DNA from: Rhodospirillales bacterium | Lineage (GTDB): Bacteria; Pseudomonadota; Alphaproteobacteria; MPNO01; UBA2964 | Direction of reading: 5' to 3' | Assembly (NCBI GenBank): GCA_038120295.1 | Contig: JAYOLL010000010.1 | Location: 35,149 to 99,148, forward strand | DNA length: 64,000 bases | Part shown: positions 8,730-17,130 of the stretch, in pieces | Numbering within the stretch: position 1 is the first letter of the stretch | Layout of the letters: each line of letters starts with the position of its first letter | Position numbers and translations under genes: made by a program | The notes under the pieces: model-generated | The model's input: the letters and a program-made list of their open reading frames with translations, nothing else | Told to the model about the DNA's origin: nothing | Database searches by the model: none

Positions 8730-9758
8730 ATGAAGTTCAACAGGTTACTGTTCATGCCGGCAGCGGCACTGGCGATGTCGGCGCTGCCGGTTTCGACCGC
8801 GTCGGCGGATGCGCTGGCCGATTTCTACAAGGACAAGCATGTCTCGATCGTCGTCGCCGCGCGCGCCGGCGGCGGGCACAGCAACTATTCGCTGCTGGCC
8901 GGCAAGCTCTGGAAGAAACATATGCCGGGCAACCCGACCTTCATCGTCCAGAACATGGGCGGCGCGGGCGGCACCAAGGCGGCCAACTATCTCTATAACC
9001 GCGCGGCGCAGGACGGCACCGCCATCGGCATCCTGCTGTCGGATACGCCGTTCGCGTCCCGCATGCGGACCACCGGCGTCAAGTACGTCGCCGACAAGTT
9101 CCACTATATCGGCGGCGTCGAAAAACCGCAGGGCGCCTTCGTGGTTATGAAGCGCTCCGGCGTCAGGACGATGGAAGAGGCGATGAAAAAGGAAGTCGTG
9201 TTCGCCTCGACCGGCAAGGGATCGCAGACCTATATCCTGCCCAAGCTCGCCAACGAGATGCTCGGCACCAAGTTCAGGATCGTGCTCGGCTATCGCGGCA
9301 TGTCCGGCGTCTACAAGGCGCTCGACAACAAGGAGGCCGACGGGTTCCAGTCGGGCTGGTCGTCGCTCGCCATTATCCGGCCGCAATGGCAGGGGGAAGA
9401 CCTGGTCACCGTGCTGGCCGCAAATTCCCTGTCGCGCCTGCCGGACGCCGCCTACGCGCCGACCTTCGCCTCCATGGTCAAGGACCCGAAGGACAGGGAG
9501 ATCGTCGAGCTGCTGAGCAATAACGACGTCATCGGCCGGGCCTGGCTGGCGCCTCCCGGTATTCCGAAAGCGCGGCTCGAAGCCTTCCGGGCATCCTTCA
9601 AAAAGATGGTCGAGGATCCGGAATCGGTGGCCGCCGCCAAGGCGCGCAAGTTCCACTGGGAGTTCGTGCCGTGGCAGCCGATGCAGAAGCACGCCTCGAA
9701 TATCACCAATGCCAACAAAGCGCTGTTCGACCGCGCACGGGAGTTGCTGAACAGGTAA
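8730..9758 (+). CDS. Bug/TctC-family tripartite tricarboxylate transporter substrate-binding protein (orphan)
   Basis: 342 aa with a signal peptide ending ASADA. VSIVVAARAGGGHSNY...FIVQNMGGAGGTKAANY matches the Bug-family pattern. AGGGAGAA Shine-Dalgarno. No tctA or tctB nearby. Confidence 0.7.
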   Translation: MKFNRLLFMPAAALAMSALPVSTASADALADFYKDKHVSIVVAARAGGGHSNYSLLAGKLWKKHMPGNPTFIVQNMGGAGGTKAANYLYNRAAQDGTAIGILLSDTPFASRMRTTGVKYVADKFHYIGGVEKPQGAFVVMKRSGVRTMEEAMKKEVVFASTGKGSQTYILPKLANEMLGTKFRIVLGYRGMSGVYKALDNKEADGFQSGWSSLAIIRPQWQGEDLVTVLAANSLSRLPDAAYAPTFASMVKDPKDREIVELLSNNDVIGRAWLAPPGIPKARLEAFRASFKKMVEDPESVAAAKARKFHWEFVPWQPMQKHASNITNANKALFDRARELLNR

Positions 9759-9780
9759 GGCGGGTTAGTTTCCCGATTCA

Positions 9781-9812
9781 GGGCGCGGCGGCTACCGTCG
9801 CGCCCCTTTTTT
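9781..9812 (+). terminator. intrinsic terminator after the TctC-like gene
   Basis: GGGCGCG (9781-9787) pairs with CGCGCCC (9799-9805) and is followed by TTTTTT (9807-9812). Confidence 0.6.
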
Positions 9813-9866
9813 GCCCCCAGTTCGCGGAAGCCCGATATTCAGGGCAACCTGGCCGTGCTTGTCCGA

Positions 9867-10142
9867 TCAGGAACGTTCCGGCGCGGGCGTTATCGACACG
9901 GCTTCCCGCCCGCCGTCGATCCTGCGGTATTCGATGACGACGCGAACGCCTTCTTTCAGAAGGTCGAAATTGATGTCGCGCGGCACCGCGATCACGCTCC
10001 CGTCATCCAGGATGATGGCGTCATTCTGGATATCGAGGCCGGCTATCCAGCCTTCCTTGAGACCCTCGCTTTTCGCCGACACGGCCCCGGAAAGGCCTGT
10101 AACGACAGCCGAAACGATCAATGCAGCTGCAAGGTTTTTCAT
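9867..10142 (-). CDS. small secreted DUF1344-like protein
   Basis: 91 aa. It has the signal peptide MKNLAAALIVSAVVTGLSGAVSA, then a beta-rich domain (IILDDGSVIAVPRDINFDLLKEGVRVVIEY) resembling DUF1344 proteins of Rhizobiales. Confidence 0.6.
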   Translation of the reverse strand: MKNLAAALIVSAVVTGLSGAVSAKSEGLKEGWIAGLDIQNDAIILDDGSVIAVPRDINFDLLKEGVRVVIEYRRIDGGREAVSITPAPERS

Positions 10143-10326
10143 AACCCGTTCCTTCCTGACTCTTTCATTGCCTGTACTGTTCTATTCGCGCGCAACCGCG
10201 GTTCGGATCACTCGTTGCGCAAGGAACGCCGCTTGATCGGCGAGGCGGCGCTCCCTAAGTCGCGTTCACAGGCGTTCGACCCCTATCTGGGGCCCGGTAA
10301 ATCGGAATCAACGGCATGGGAGGACA

Positions 10327-10941
10327 ATGCGGATAAACTTTTTGCGAGCGGCCGCAAGCGGCGCGAGGCTTGCGGCGTACGGGCTCATCTGCCTGGCGGC
10401 CTCCCTGAGCTTCGCCCGTGTGTCTTCGGACGAGGAAGCGGTGTGGTCGGCTTTGCGCTCCGGCGGCCATGTTGCGCTGTTGCGGCATGCCCTGGCTCCC
10501 GGCAACGGCGACCCGGCCCGTTTCAGGGTCGGCGATTGCTCGACCCAGCGAAATCTCGACGAAGTGGGCAGAGCCCAGGCGCGACGCATCGGCGCCCGGC
10601 TGAAGGCGAACGGTATCGTCTGGGCGCGGGTCTTTTCCAGCCAGTGGTGCCGCTGCCTCGATACGGCGGAACTGCTGGGACTCGGCCCGGTCGCGGCGCT
10701 GCCGCCCCTCAACTCCTTCTTCGGCAGGCCGAAACGCAAGGATCTCCAGATGAAGGTCCTGCGGGCATGGCTGTCGAAACAGGATCTCGGCAACCGCGAT
10801 GAGGGCCCCACCGTGCTGGTGACCCACCAGGTGGTTATCACCGCGCTGACCGGCATTTTTCCCGCCTCCGGAGAGCTCGTCGTTATCCGGGTGGAGGAAA
10901 ATGGCCGGGCGACGACGGTCGGCTCGATCGAAACCGACTGA
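10327..10941 (+). CDS. histidine phosphatase family protein (SixA/PGAM superfamily), secreted
   Basis: 204 aa with an N-terminal signal-like segment. It has the catalytic LLRHA motif (VALLRHALAPG) and a GGGAGGA Shine-Dalgarno. Confidence 0.7.
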   Translation: MRINFLRAAASGARLAAYGLICLAASLSFARVSSDEEAVWSALRSGGHVALLRHALAPGNGDPARFRVGDCSTQRNLDEVGRAQARRIGARLKANGIVWARVFSSQWCRCLDTAELLGLGPVAALPPLNSFFGRPKRKDLQMKVLRAWLSKQDLGNRDEGPTVLVTHQVVITALTGIFPASGELVVIRVEENGRATTVGSIETD

Positions 10942-11029
10942 ATGCGCCATGCGCGCGTCCGAAGGCGGTTGAAACCGCGATATCCCCTGTGCGAGCATTC
11001 GCGGTGGAGATTACACAGGGATCCCGACC

Positions 11030-11683
11030 ATGGCAGACGACCGCGAACACTCACACGACCATCATCATCATTCCCATGACCATGGGGAGATGTCCGAGCT
11101 TTCCGACACGCAGGTGCGGGTTCGCTCGCTGGAAACCGTGCTGGCCGAGAAGGGCTATGTCGACCCCGCGGCGCTCGACGCCATCGTCGAGGCGTACGAG
11201 ACCCGCATCGGGCCCCATAACGGGCAGCGCGTCGTCGCCCGCGCCTGGGCCGACCCGGACTTTCATGCCGCCCTGCTGGAGGATGCCTCCGCCGCGGTGA
11301 ACACCATGGGCAATGTGAGCGCGGTCGGCAGCCATCTGATCGCGGTCCAGAACACGCCGGAACGCCACAACATGGTGGTCTGCACGCTGTGCTCCTGTTA
11401 CCCGTGGGAGGTGCTCGGCCTGCCGCCGACCTGGTACAAGTCCGCGCCCTATCGCTCGCGCGCCGTGCTGGAGCCGCGCAGCGTCCTGTCCGAGTTCGGC
11501 GTGACCCTGCCCGAGGAGACGGAAATCCGCGTGTGGGACTCGACCGCCGAAACGCGCTTCATCGTCATCCCGGTGCGCCCCGAGGGCACCGACGGGTGGA
11601 GCGAGGAAGAGCTTGCGAAGCTGGTCACCCGCAACTCCATGATCGGCACCGGGCTCGCGCTGGCGCCGGACGAGGCGGAGTAG
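11030..11683 (+). CDS. nthA: nitrile hydratase alpha subunit, cobalt type
   Basis: The metal-binding motif VCTLCSCYPW has Thr and Tyr at the positions characteristic of Co-type enzymes. Overall similarity to NHase alpha subunits is strong. It has a His-rich N-terminal extension, EHSHDHHHHSHDH. Confidence 0.92.
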   Translation: MADDREHSHDHHHHSHDHGEMSELSDTQVRVRSLETVLAEKGYVDPAALDAIVEAYETRIGPHNGQRVVARAWADPDFHAALLEDASAAVNTMGNVSAVGSHLIAVQNTPERHNMVVCTLCSCYPWEVLGLPPTWYKSAPYRSRAVLEPRSVLSEFGVTLPEETEIRVWDSTAETRFIVIPVRPEGTDGWSEEELAKLVTRNSMIGTGLALAPDEAE

Positions 11684-11687
11684 GCCG

Positions 11688-12344
11688 ATGTCGAACACGA
11701 TCCACGACATGGGCGGCATGCACGGGTTCGGCCCCGTCGAGGAAGAGCCCAACGAGCCGGTCTTTCACACCAAATGGGAAAGCCGCGTCTACGCCATGAA
11801 CCGGGCGATGGGGCCGCTGCGGCTCTGGACCATCGACGAGGGCCGCGCCGCGCAGGAATCCCTGCACCCGTCCGTCTATACCGCCGCCAGCTATTACCAG
11901 CGCTGGCTGCTGGGGCTGGAAGCGCGCGCGCTGCAGCACGGGCTGGTGACGAAGGAAGAACTCGCCGCCGGCAAGGCGCTGGAAGCCAACGACAGGCCCA
12001 ACCGCATTTTCAAGCCGGAAGACGCCGCCGGGCTGACGCGTGGCAGTTACGAACGCGATCCGCAGGGCGATCCGCAATTCAGGCCCGGCGACCGGGTGCG
12101 CACCGTCAATTTCCAGCCGAGGGGCCATACACGCCTGCCGCGCTACGCCCGCGACAAGATCGGCGAGGTGGAGGCGATCCGCGGCTGCCATGTCTATCCG
12201 GATTCGGTGGCAAACGGGAAGGGCGACGACCCGCAATGGCTCTATACCGTCGTATTCGATGGGCAGGTGTTGTGGGGCCCGGATAACGAGCCGGGGGTCA
12301 AGGTCTCCATCGAGGCGTTCGAACCTTATCTGGAACCGGCTTGA
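11688..12344 (+). CDS. nthB: nitrile hydratase beta subunit
   Basis: MSNTIHDMGGMHGFGPVEEEPNEPVFHTKWESRVYAM is the conserved NHase beta N-terminus. It starts 4 nt after the alpha-subunit stop. Confidence 0.9.
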   Translation: MSNTIHDMGGMHGFGPVEEEPNEPVFHTKWESRVYAMNRAMGPLRLWTIDEGRAAQESLHPSVYTAASYYQRWLLGLEARALQHGLVTKEELAAGKALEANDRPNRIFKPEDAAGLTRGSYERDPQGDPQFRPGDRVRTVNFQPRGHTRLPRYARDKIGEVEAIRGCHVYPDSVANGKGDDPQWLYTVVFDGQVLWGPDNEPGVKVSIEAFEPYLEPA

Positions 12345-12354
12345 GGGTGGGCGC

Positions 12355-12732
12355 ATGACCGATCCTGCCGCCGAGGCGCTAGAAGCGCTGCCGGAGATCC
12401 CGCGCGATGAGGAAGGCCCGGTGTTCCGCGAACCGTGGGAGGCGCAGGCCTTTGCCATGACGCTCCGGCTCTACCAGCAGGATTTGTTCACCTGGCCTGA
12501 ATGGGCGGAAACGCTGACGGCCGAGATCAGGCGCGCGCAGGAAGAAGGCGATCCCGACCGGGGCGATACCTACTACCATCACTGGCTCGCCGCGCTGGAA
12601 CGGATCGTCGAGAAAAAGGGCCTTTCCGACGCCGCCACGCTCGGCCGCACGCAGACCGCCTGGCGCAATGCCGCCGACCGCACCCCTCATGGCGAACCGA
12701 TTGAGCTGCAGGAGCGGGATTTCGGCGGCTGA
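12355..12732 (+). CDS. nitrile hydratase accessory (activator/metallochaperone) protein
   Basis: 125 aa from ATG 12355, inside the longer track ORF 12040..12732. FREPWEAQAFAMTLRL...FTWPEWAETL...YYHHWLAALERIV matches the small NHase accessory protein family. Confidence 0.8.
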   Translation: MTDPAAEALEALPEIPRDEEGPVFREPWEAQAFAMTLRLYQQDLFTWPEWAETLTAEIRRAQEEGDPDRGDTYYHHWLAALERIVEKKGLSDAATLGRTQTAWRNAADRTPHGEPIELQERDFGG

Positions 12733-12750
12733 AAGCCCGTTCCGCCCGTT

Positions 12751-12966
12751 AACCCCCTCCCCAACCCTCCCCCAGAATTGGTGGAGGGGGCCGTAGCAGC
12801 CTAATTCCAGGATAGAGTTTCTCTCGTAACGGTTCGGAAGACTCCCGGCCCGTATTTCAGCACGCGCGAAACTCCCTCCCCCAGAATTGGGGGAGGAGGC
12901 TCCAATGTCGGGATGGCCCTGAACCCACCCCCTCCCCCCATCTGGGGGTGGGTTGGGGAGGGGGTT
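12751..12966. repeat. composite family-1 REP element bounded by 22-nt terminal inverted repeats
   Basis: AACCCCCTCCCCAACCCTCCCC (12751-12772) matches the reverse complement of 12945-12966 (AACCCCCTCCCCAACCCACCCC) at 21 of 22 positions. Internal hairpins sit at about 12765-12789, 12874-12896 and 12922-12954. Confidence 0.8.
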
Positions 12967-13675
12967 ATTCGTTCCGCGCGTGACAGAAACGCACCGTCGG
13001 GGTCTTGCTCTTCACCGTCACTTCGGACCCGGTGCGCAGCACGTATTCCGATGCCCCGTAGCGCGGCGTATCGGGGTTCCAGTCGAACGTGTAGCCGAGC
13101 CGCGTCCAGGGATAGCCGCCCGGCGCGGTGTAGCGGGACGAAACCTGCCCCGCCATCCATGCCTTGTGGCGCTCTGGCGCGTCCTTCGGGAAATCGAGCG
13201 TGCAGGACGGCTTCGTCGGGTCCGGGTCAGGGCAGGGGCGGAAGAGGTCGCGCGCGCGCACCGTCATGACGACGAACTCGCGCGGCGTGGCTTTCGACCC
13301 TTCCGCATCGGCGGGAAGCCCCAGTAGCTGCTGGAGACGCAGCCTGAGCGCCTTTGGTTCCTTGCTGTAGCTCCGGCACAGATCGCGCAGCTGGGGCGAC
13401 AGGGTGACCCAGACATCGACGCCGACGCTGGTCCTGCCCAGCGGATAGTATTTGCGCGCCGTGTCCTCGCCGGTCCAGGTGACGACATCGACCGTTTCCC
13501 GGCCGGCGGGCAGCGCCATCAGCGGATGGATATGCGCCTCGCTGACGATGGCCGAGCCGGAAACCGAAGCCGTGTAGAGCCCGTTGAGCGACCGGTCCGG
13601 CAGCTCGCAGCCGGCGAGCAGCATCGACACCGCCATCGCCGCCATTACCGGTAACCGGTGTCCCGCCATTCCCAT
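12965..13675 (-). CDS. hypothetical lipoprotein
   Basis: The start is placed at MGMAGHRLPVMAAMAVSMLLAGC (lipobox LAGC), with GGAAGGG upstream. I recognised no family. GC3-rich codon usage. Confidence 0.55.
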   Translation of the reverse strand: MGMAGHRLPVMAAMAVSMLLAGCELPDRSLNGLYTASVSGSAIVSEAHIHPLMALPAGRETVDVVTWTGEDTARKYYPLGRTSVGVDVWVTLSPQLRDLCRSYSKEPKALRLRLQQLLGLPADAEGSKATPREFVVMTVRARDLFRPCPDPDPTKPSCTLDFPKDAPERHKAWMAGQVSSRYTAPGGYPWTRLGYTFDWNPDTPRYGASEYVLRTGSEVTVKSKTPTVRFCHARNE

Positions 13676-13780
13676 TGATCTGCCCTTCCGTTTTGTCCGC
13701 CAGCGAGTGTAGCAGGAGGCGTGTGCGCTTCCCATCGGTTCCCCCTATCCACCCGCCCCTATTTGACCGAAAATGGGGTC

Positions 13781-14953
13781 ATGCAGACCAGCACTAGCCG
13801 AATCCTGACCACCCATACCGGCAGCCTGCCGCGTCCCGACGGGCTGCTCGAAAAGCTGCTGGCGATCGGGCTGGGCGCCGACCCGGCGTCGCTCGACTTC
13901 AACGCCGCCTGCGCCGGGGCGGTACGCGACGTGGTGGCGAAGCAGGTCGAGACCGGCATCGATATCGTCAGCGACGGCGAGATGTCGAAGCCCGGCTATA
14001 CCTATTACGTGCGCGACCGCATGTCAGGGCTGGAAGCGTTCGAAGAACCGCCGGAGGGGATGCCGCGGCGCGCGCTGCAGCGCGATATCGCCGAGTTCCC
14101 CGATTTCGCCGCGGCGCGCGATATCGAGCGGTCGCAAGGCGCGAAACTGGTGCCGACATTCTGCACCGGGCCTGTGGCGTACGAAAATCTCCAGCCCGTC
14201 GCCGACGACATCGCCAACCTGAAGGAAGCGATCGCGGTTGCTCACCCGGCGGAGGTCTTCATCAACGCCGCCTCGCCCGGTGTCATTCCTGTTTTCATCC
14301 TCGATACGCATTACGGCGACGAGGACTCCTATCTTGCCGACCTGGCGGACGCGCTCGCGGTCGAGTACGAGGCGATCCACGCGTCGGGGCTTCTGCTCCA
14401 GATCGACTGTCCCGATCTCGCGATGGCGCGGCATGGCCATTACCAGGGGCTGTCCGACACCAATTTCCGCCGGGTCGTGGCGCGCAATATCGAGCTTCTG
14501 AACGCGGCGACGGCCAATATTCCGCCGGAAGCGATGCGGATGCATATCTGCTGGGGCAACTATCCCGGCCCGCATGTCTACGATTTTCCGGTGGCGGAGC
14601 TGATCGAGCCGCTGATGAAGGCACGGCCCCAGGCGCTGCTGTTCGAGGCCGCCAACCCGCGCCACGAACATGAATGGGCTGACTGGCACGACGCCGATAT
14701 TCCCGACGACAAGATTCTTGTGCCGGGCGTGATCGATACGTCGAGCAACTTCGTCGAGCATCCGCGCATCGTCGCCGAGCGCATCCAGCGCTTCGCCGGC
14801 ATCGTCGGGCGCGAGCGCGTCATCGCCGGGACCGATTGCGGGTTCGCGACCTTTGCCGGAATGGGCTATGTGTATGAGAGCATCGCGTGGGCAAAGCTGC
14901 GGGCGCTCGTCGTCGGTGCCGAGATGGCGTCAGATGCGTTGTGGGGTGACTAG
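13781..14953 (+). CDS. cobalamin-independent methionine synthase II (MetE C-terminal domain-like) family protein
   Basis: MQTSTSRILTTHTGSLPRP at the N-terminus, plus the LLLQIDCPDL, ANPRHEHEW and IAGTDCGF blocks. It is an intact paralogue of the interrupted gene at 53709..54866. Confidence 0.8.
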   Translation: MQTSTSRILTTHTGSLPRPDGLLEKLLAIGLGADPASLDFNAACAGAVRDVVAKQVETGIDIVSDGEMSKPGYTYYVRDRMSGLEAFEEPPEGMPRRALQRDIAEFPDFAAARDIERSQGAKLVPTFCTGPVAYENLQPVADDIANLKEAIAVAHPAEVFINAASPGVIPVFILDTHYGDEDSYLADLADALAVEYEAIHASGLLLQIDCPDLAMARHGHYQGLSDTNFRRVVARNIELLNAATANIPPEAMRMHICWGNYPGPHVYDFPVAELIEPLMKARPQALLFEAANPRHEHEWADWHDADIPDDKILVPGVIDTSSNFVEHPRIVAERIQRFAGIVGRERVIAGTDCGFATFAGMGYVYESIAWAKLRALVVGAEMASDALWGD

Positions 14954-14956
14954 AAA

Positions 14957-15979
14957 ATGTATGTACGAAACCGCTGGTATGTCGCCGCGCTGAGCGATGA
15001 ACTGACCGATGCGCCGCTGGGCCGCAAGCTGCTGGACGAGCCGGTGGTGCTGTACCGCACTGAGGACGGGACGCCGGTCGCGCTGGAAGACCGCTGCCTG
15101 CACCGCCAGGCGCCTTTGTCGCTCGGCTGGGTCGAGGGCGACCGGCTCCGCTGCTGCTATCACGGGCTGCTGTTCGACCGGGACGGGTGCTGCGTCGAGA
15201 CGCCGAGCCAGCAGAATATCCCGCCAAACGATGGCATCCGGTCCTATCCGGTCATCGAAAGCCAGAATTTCATCTTTGTCTGGATGGGCGAGCCGGAAAT
15301 GGCGGGCGAGATCGTGCCTTACGATTTCCCCTGGGTCGACAGGGACGGCTGGCGGACGCTGCAGGCGCAGTTCCATGCCAGGTGCAACTGGCAGCTCGTG
15401 GTCGATAATCTGCTCGACGTCACGCATCTCTCCTACGCGCATCGCACCACGATCGGGGTCGCCGGCGTCGCCGTCGGCGCGCAGTCGAAGACCGAACGCG
15501 ATGGCGAGAAAGTCGTGGTGTCGCGCTGGATGTTCGACATCGACCCTGCGCCGACCCATGTCGCGGCGACTGGCTATAACGGCAAGGTCGACAGGTGGCA
15601 GCGGATTGAGTTCACCCCGCCCGGTTTCATCTGGCTCAAGGTCGGCGTGGCGAAGGCCGGCACCGGGGCGGAGAAGGGAGAGACCGACGGCATCCTGATC
15701 GACCGCCATACGCTCCATGTCATCACGCCGGAAACCGACGAGACCTGCCATTATTTCTGGACCACCGCGCACGAGGCGGCGGCGGTGACGGCGGATCAGG
15801 AAAAGATCATCTACGACCAGTCGGTCAAGGCGTTCAACGAGGACCTCGTGATCCTCGAAGGCCAGCAGAAACACAGGGATGAAGGCCGCCCGACCATCGA
15901 TCTTAACGCCGATGCCGGCGCCATGCAGGCGCGGCTGGTGCTGGACCGGCTGATGGGGGAAGAAGCTGGTCGGACCTGA
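14957..15979 (+). CDS. Rieske [2Fe-2S] oxygenase, VanA/phthalate-family monooxygenase component
   Basis: Rieske motif CLHRQAPLS...CCYHGLLF. The 340-aa length and N-terminus (RNRWYVAALSDEL) are typical of VanA-like oxygenases. No reductase partner is in the window. Confidence 0.85.
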   Translation: MYVRNRWYVAALSDELTDAPLGRKLLDEPVVLYRTEDGTPVALEDRCLHRQAPLSLGWVEGDRLRCCYHGLLFDRDGCCVETPSQQNIPPNDGIRSYPVIESQNFIFVWMGEPEMAGEIVPYDFPWVDRDGWRTLQAQFHARCNWQLVVDNLLDVTHLSYAHRTTIGVAGVAVGAQSKTERDGEKVVVSRWMFDIDPAPTHVAATGYNGKVDRWQRIEFTPPGFIWLKVGVAKAGTGAEKGETDGILIDRHTLHVITPETDETCHYFWTTAHEAAAVTADQEKIIYDQSVKAFNEDLVILEGQQKHRDEGRPTIDLNADAGAMQARLVLDRLMGEEAGRT

Positions 15980-15989
15980 ATTCTTCAAC

Positions 15990-16991
15990 ATGATTGCCGT
16001 TCTCCCAACCGCGATGATCGCCATCGTGCCGTCAGAGCCCGGCGGCCCCGATGTGCTGCAACCGGTCGAACGACCGGTGCCGCGGCCCGGGCCGGGCGAA
16101 ATTCTGATCCGCATGGCGGGGGCCGGGCTCAATGGCGCCGACCTGACGCAGCGCGAGGGGCGCTACCCCATGCCGCCGGGCGCGAGCGACATTCCGGGGC
16201 TCGAAGTCGGCGGCCATGTCGCGGCGACGGGCGAGGGCGCGAACCGGTTCTCCGTCGGCGACCCGGTGTGCGCCCTGATCTCGGGCGGCGGCTATGCCGA
16301 ATACGCCGTCGCGCCCGAGGGCCAGTGCATGGCGGTGCCCGGCGGGGTCGATCCGGTGGACGCCGGCGGGTTGCCGGAAACCTTCTGCACTGTCTGGACA
16401 AACCTGTTCGAGCGCATCCATCTGGCGGCGGGCGAAACCGTGCTGATCCAGGGCGGCACCAGCGGCATCGGCTGCACAGCGATTCAGCTCGCCCACGCGT
16501 TCGGCGCAACCGTTCTGGCCACCGCGCGGACGGAAGAAAAATGCGCCGCCATGACGCGGCTGGGCTGCGACCGGGCGATCAACTATTCGACCGAGGATTT
16601 CCTCGAGGTCGCGCGCGACTTTACGGGCGGTCGCGGGGTCGACGCGATCCTCGATATCGTCGGCGGCGATTACATCCCGAAGGAGCTGGAGCTGCTGGCC
16701 CATGAAGGGCGGCTGGTGTTCGTCAACCTCAAGCGCGGCCGCATCGTCGAGGCGGATTTCGGCCTGATCCATGCGAAGCACCTGACGGTCACCGGCTCGC
16801 GCCTGCGCCCGCGCCCGGTCGAAAACAAGACCGCCATCTGCCGAGCGCTGGAAGAACAGGTGTGGCCGCTATTCGCCTCGAGCCAGGTGAAGCCGGAGAC
16901 CTGGAAACGCTTCCCGCTGGCCGAAGCCGCCGACGCCCACCGCGCGATGGAGACCAGCAATCACATCGGGAAGATTCTGCTGACGGGTTAG
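15990..16991 (+). CDS. NAD(P)H:quinone oxidoreductase (zeta-crystallin/MDR family)
   Basis: It has GGPDVLQ, PGLEVGG and the GGTSGIG nucleotide-binding motif. ATG 16014 (MIAIVPSEPGG) is an alternative and possibly better start. Confidence 0.8.
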   Translation: MIAVLPTAMIAIVPSEPGGPDVLQPVERPVPRPGPGEILIRMAGAGLNGADLTQREGRYPMPPGASDIPGLEVGGHVAATGEGANRFSVGDPVCALISGGGYAEYAVAPEGQCMAVPGGVDPVDAGGLPETFCTVWTNLFERIHLAAGETVLIQGGTSGIGCTAIQLAHAFGATVLATARTEEKCAAMTRLGCDRAINYSTEDFLEVARDFTGGRGVDAILDIVGGDYIPKELELLAHEGRLVFVNLKRGRIVEADFGLIHAKHLTVTGSRLRPRPVENKTAICRALEEQVWPLFASSQVKPETWKRFPLAEAADAHRAMETSNHIGKILLTG

Positions 16992-17013
16992 CGCCACCTG
17001 TACAGAAATAACA

Positions 17014-17099
17014 CGTCATGCCCGGGCAAAGTCCCGGGCATCTTTTGCCCATAGGAGTGAAATGGGAGGGAGATCACCGGGTCAGGCCCGGTGATGACG
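17014..17099. repeat. pair of inverted family-3 REP hairpins (REPIN-like doublet)
   Basis: CGTCATGCCCGGG-CAAAGT-CCCGGGCATC (17014-17042) and GATCACCGGG-TCAGG-CCCGGTGATGACG (17072-17099) lie in opposite orientation. Confidence 0.75.
17018..17046 (+). terminator. probable terminator function of the first REP hairpin
   Basis: The 9-bp GC-rich stem (17018-17041) is followed by CTTTTG, downstream of the quinone oxidoreductase gene. Confidence 0.4.
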
Positions 17100-17130
17100 A
17101 ATGAGATGCAGGCGGTGCGCGGTTTTCTAC

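Noticed and set aside
10942-11029. A metal-sensing riboswitch or leader upstream of the nitrile hydratase operon. The hairpins are GCGGTT-GA-AACCGC and CCCTGTG...CACAGGG.
   Set aside because: The two short stems in 88 nt fit no riboswitch class I can recognise and have no terminator U-run. The evidence is insufficient to call a regulatory RNA.
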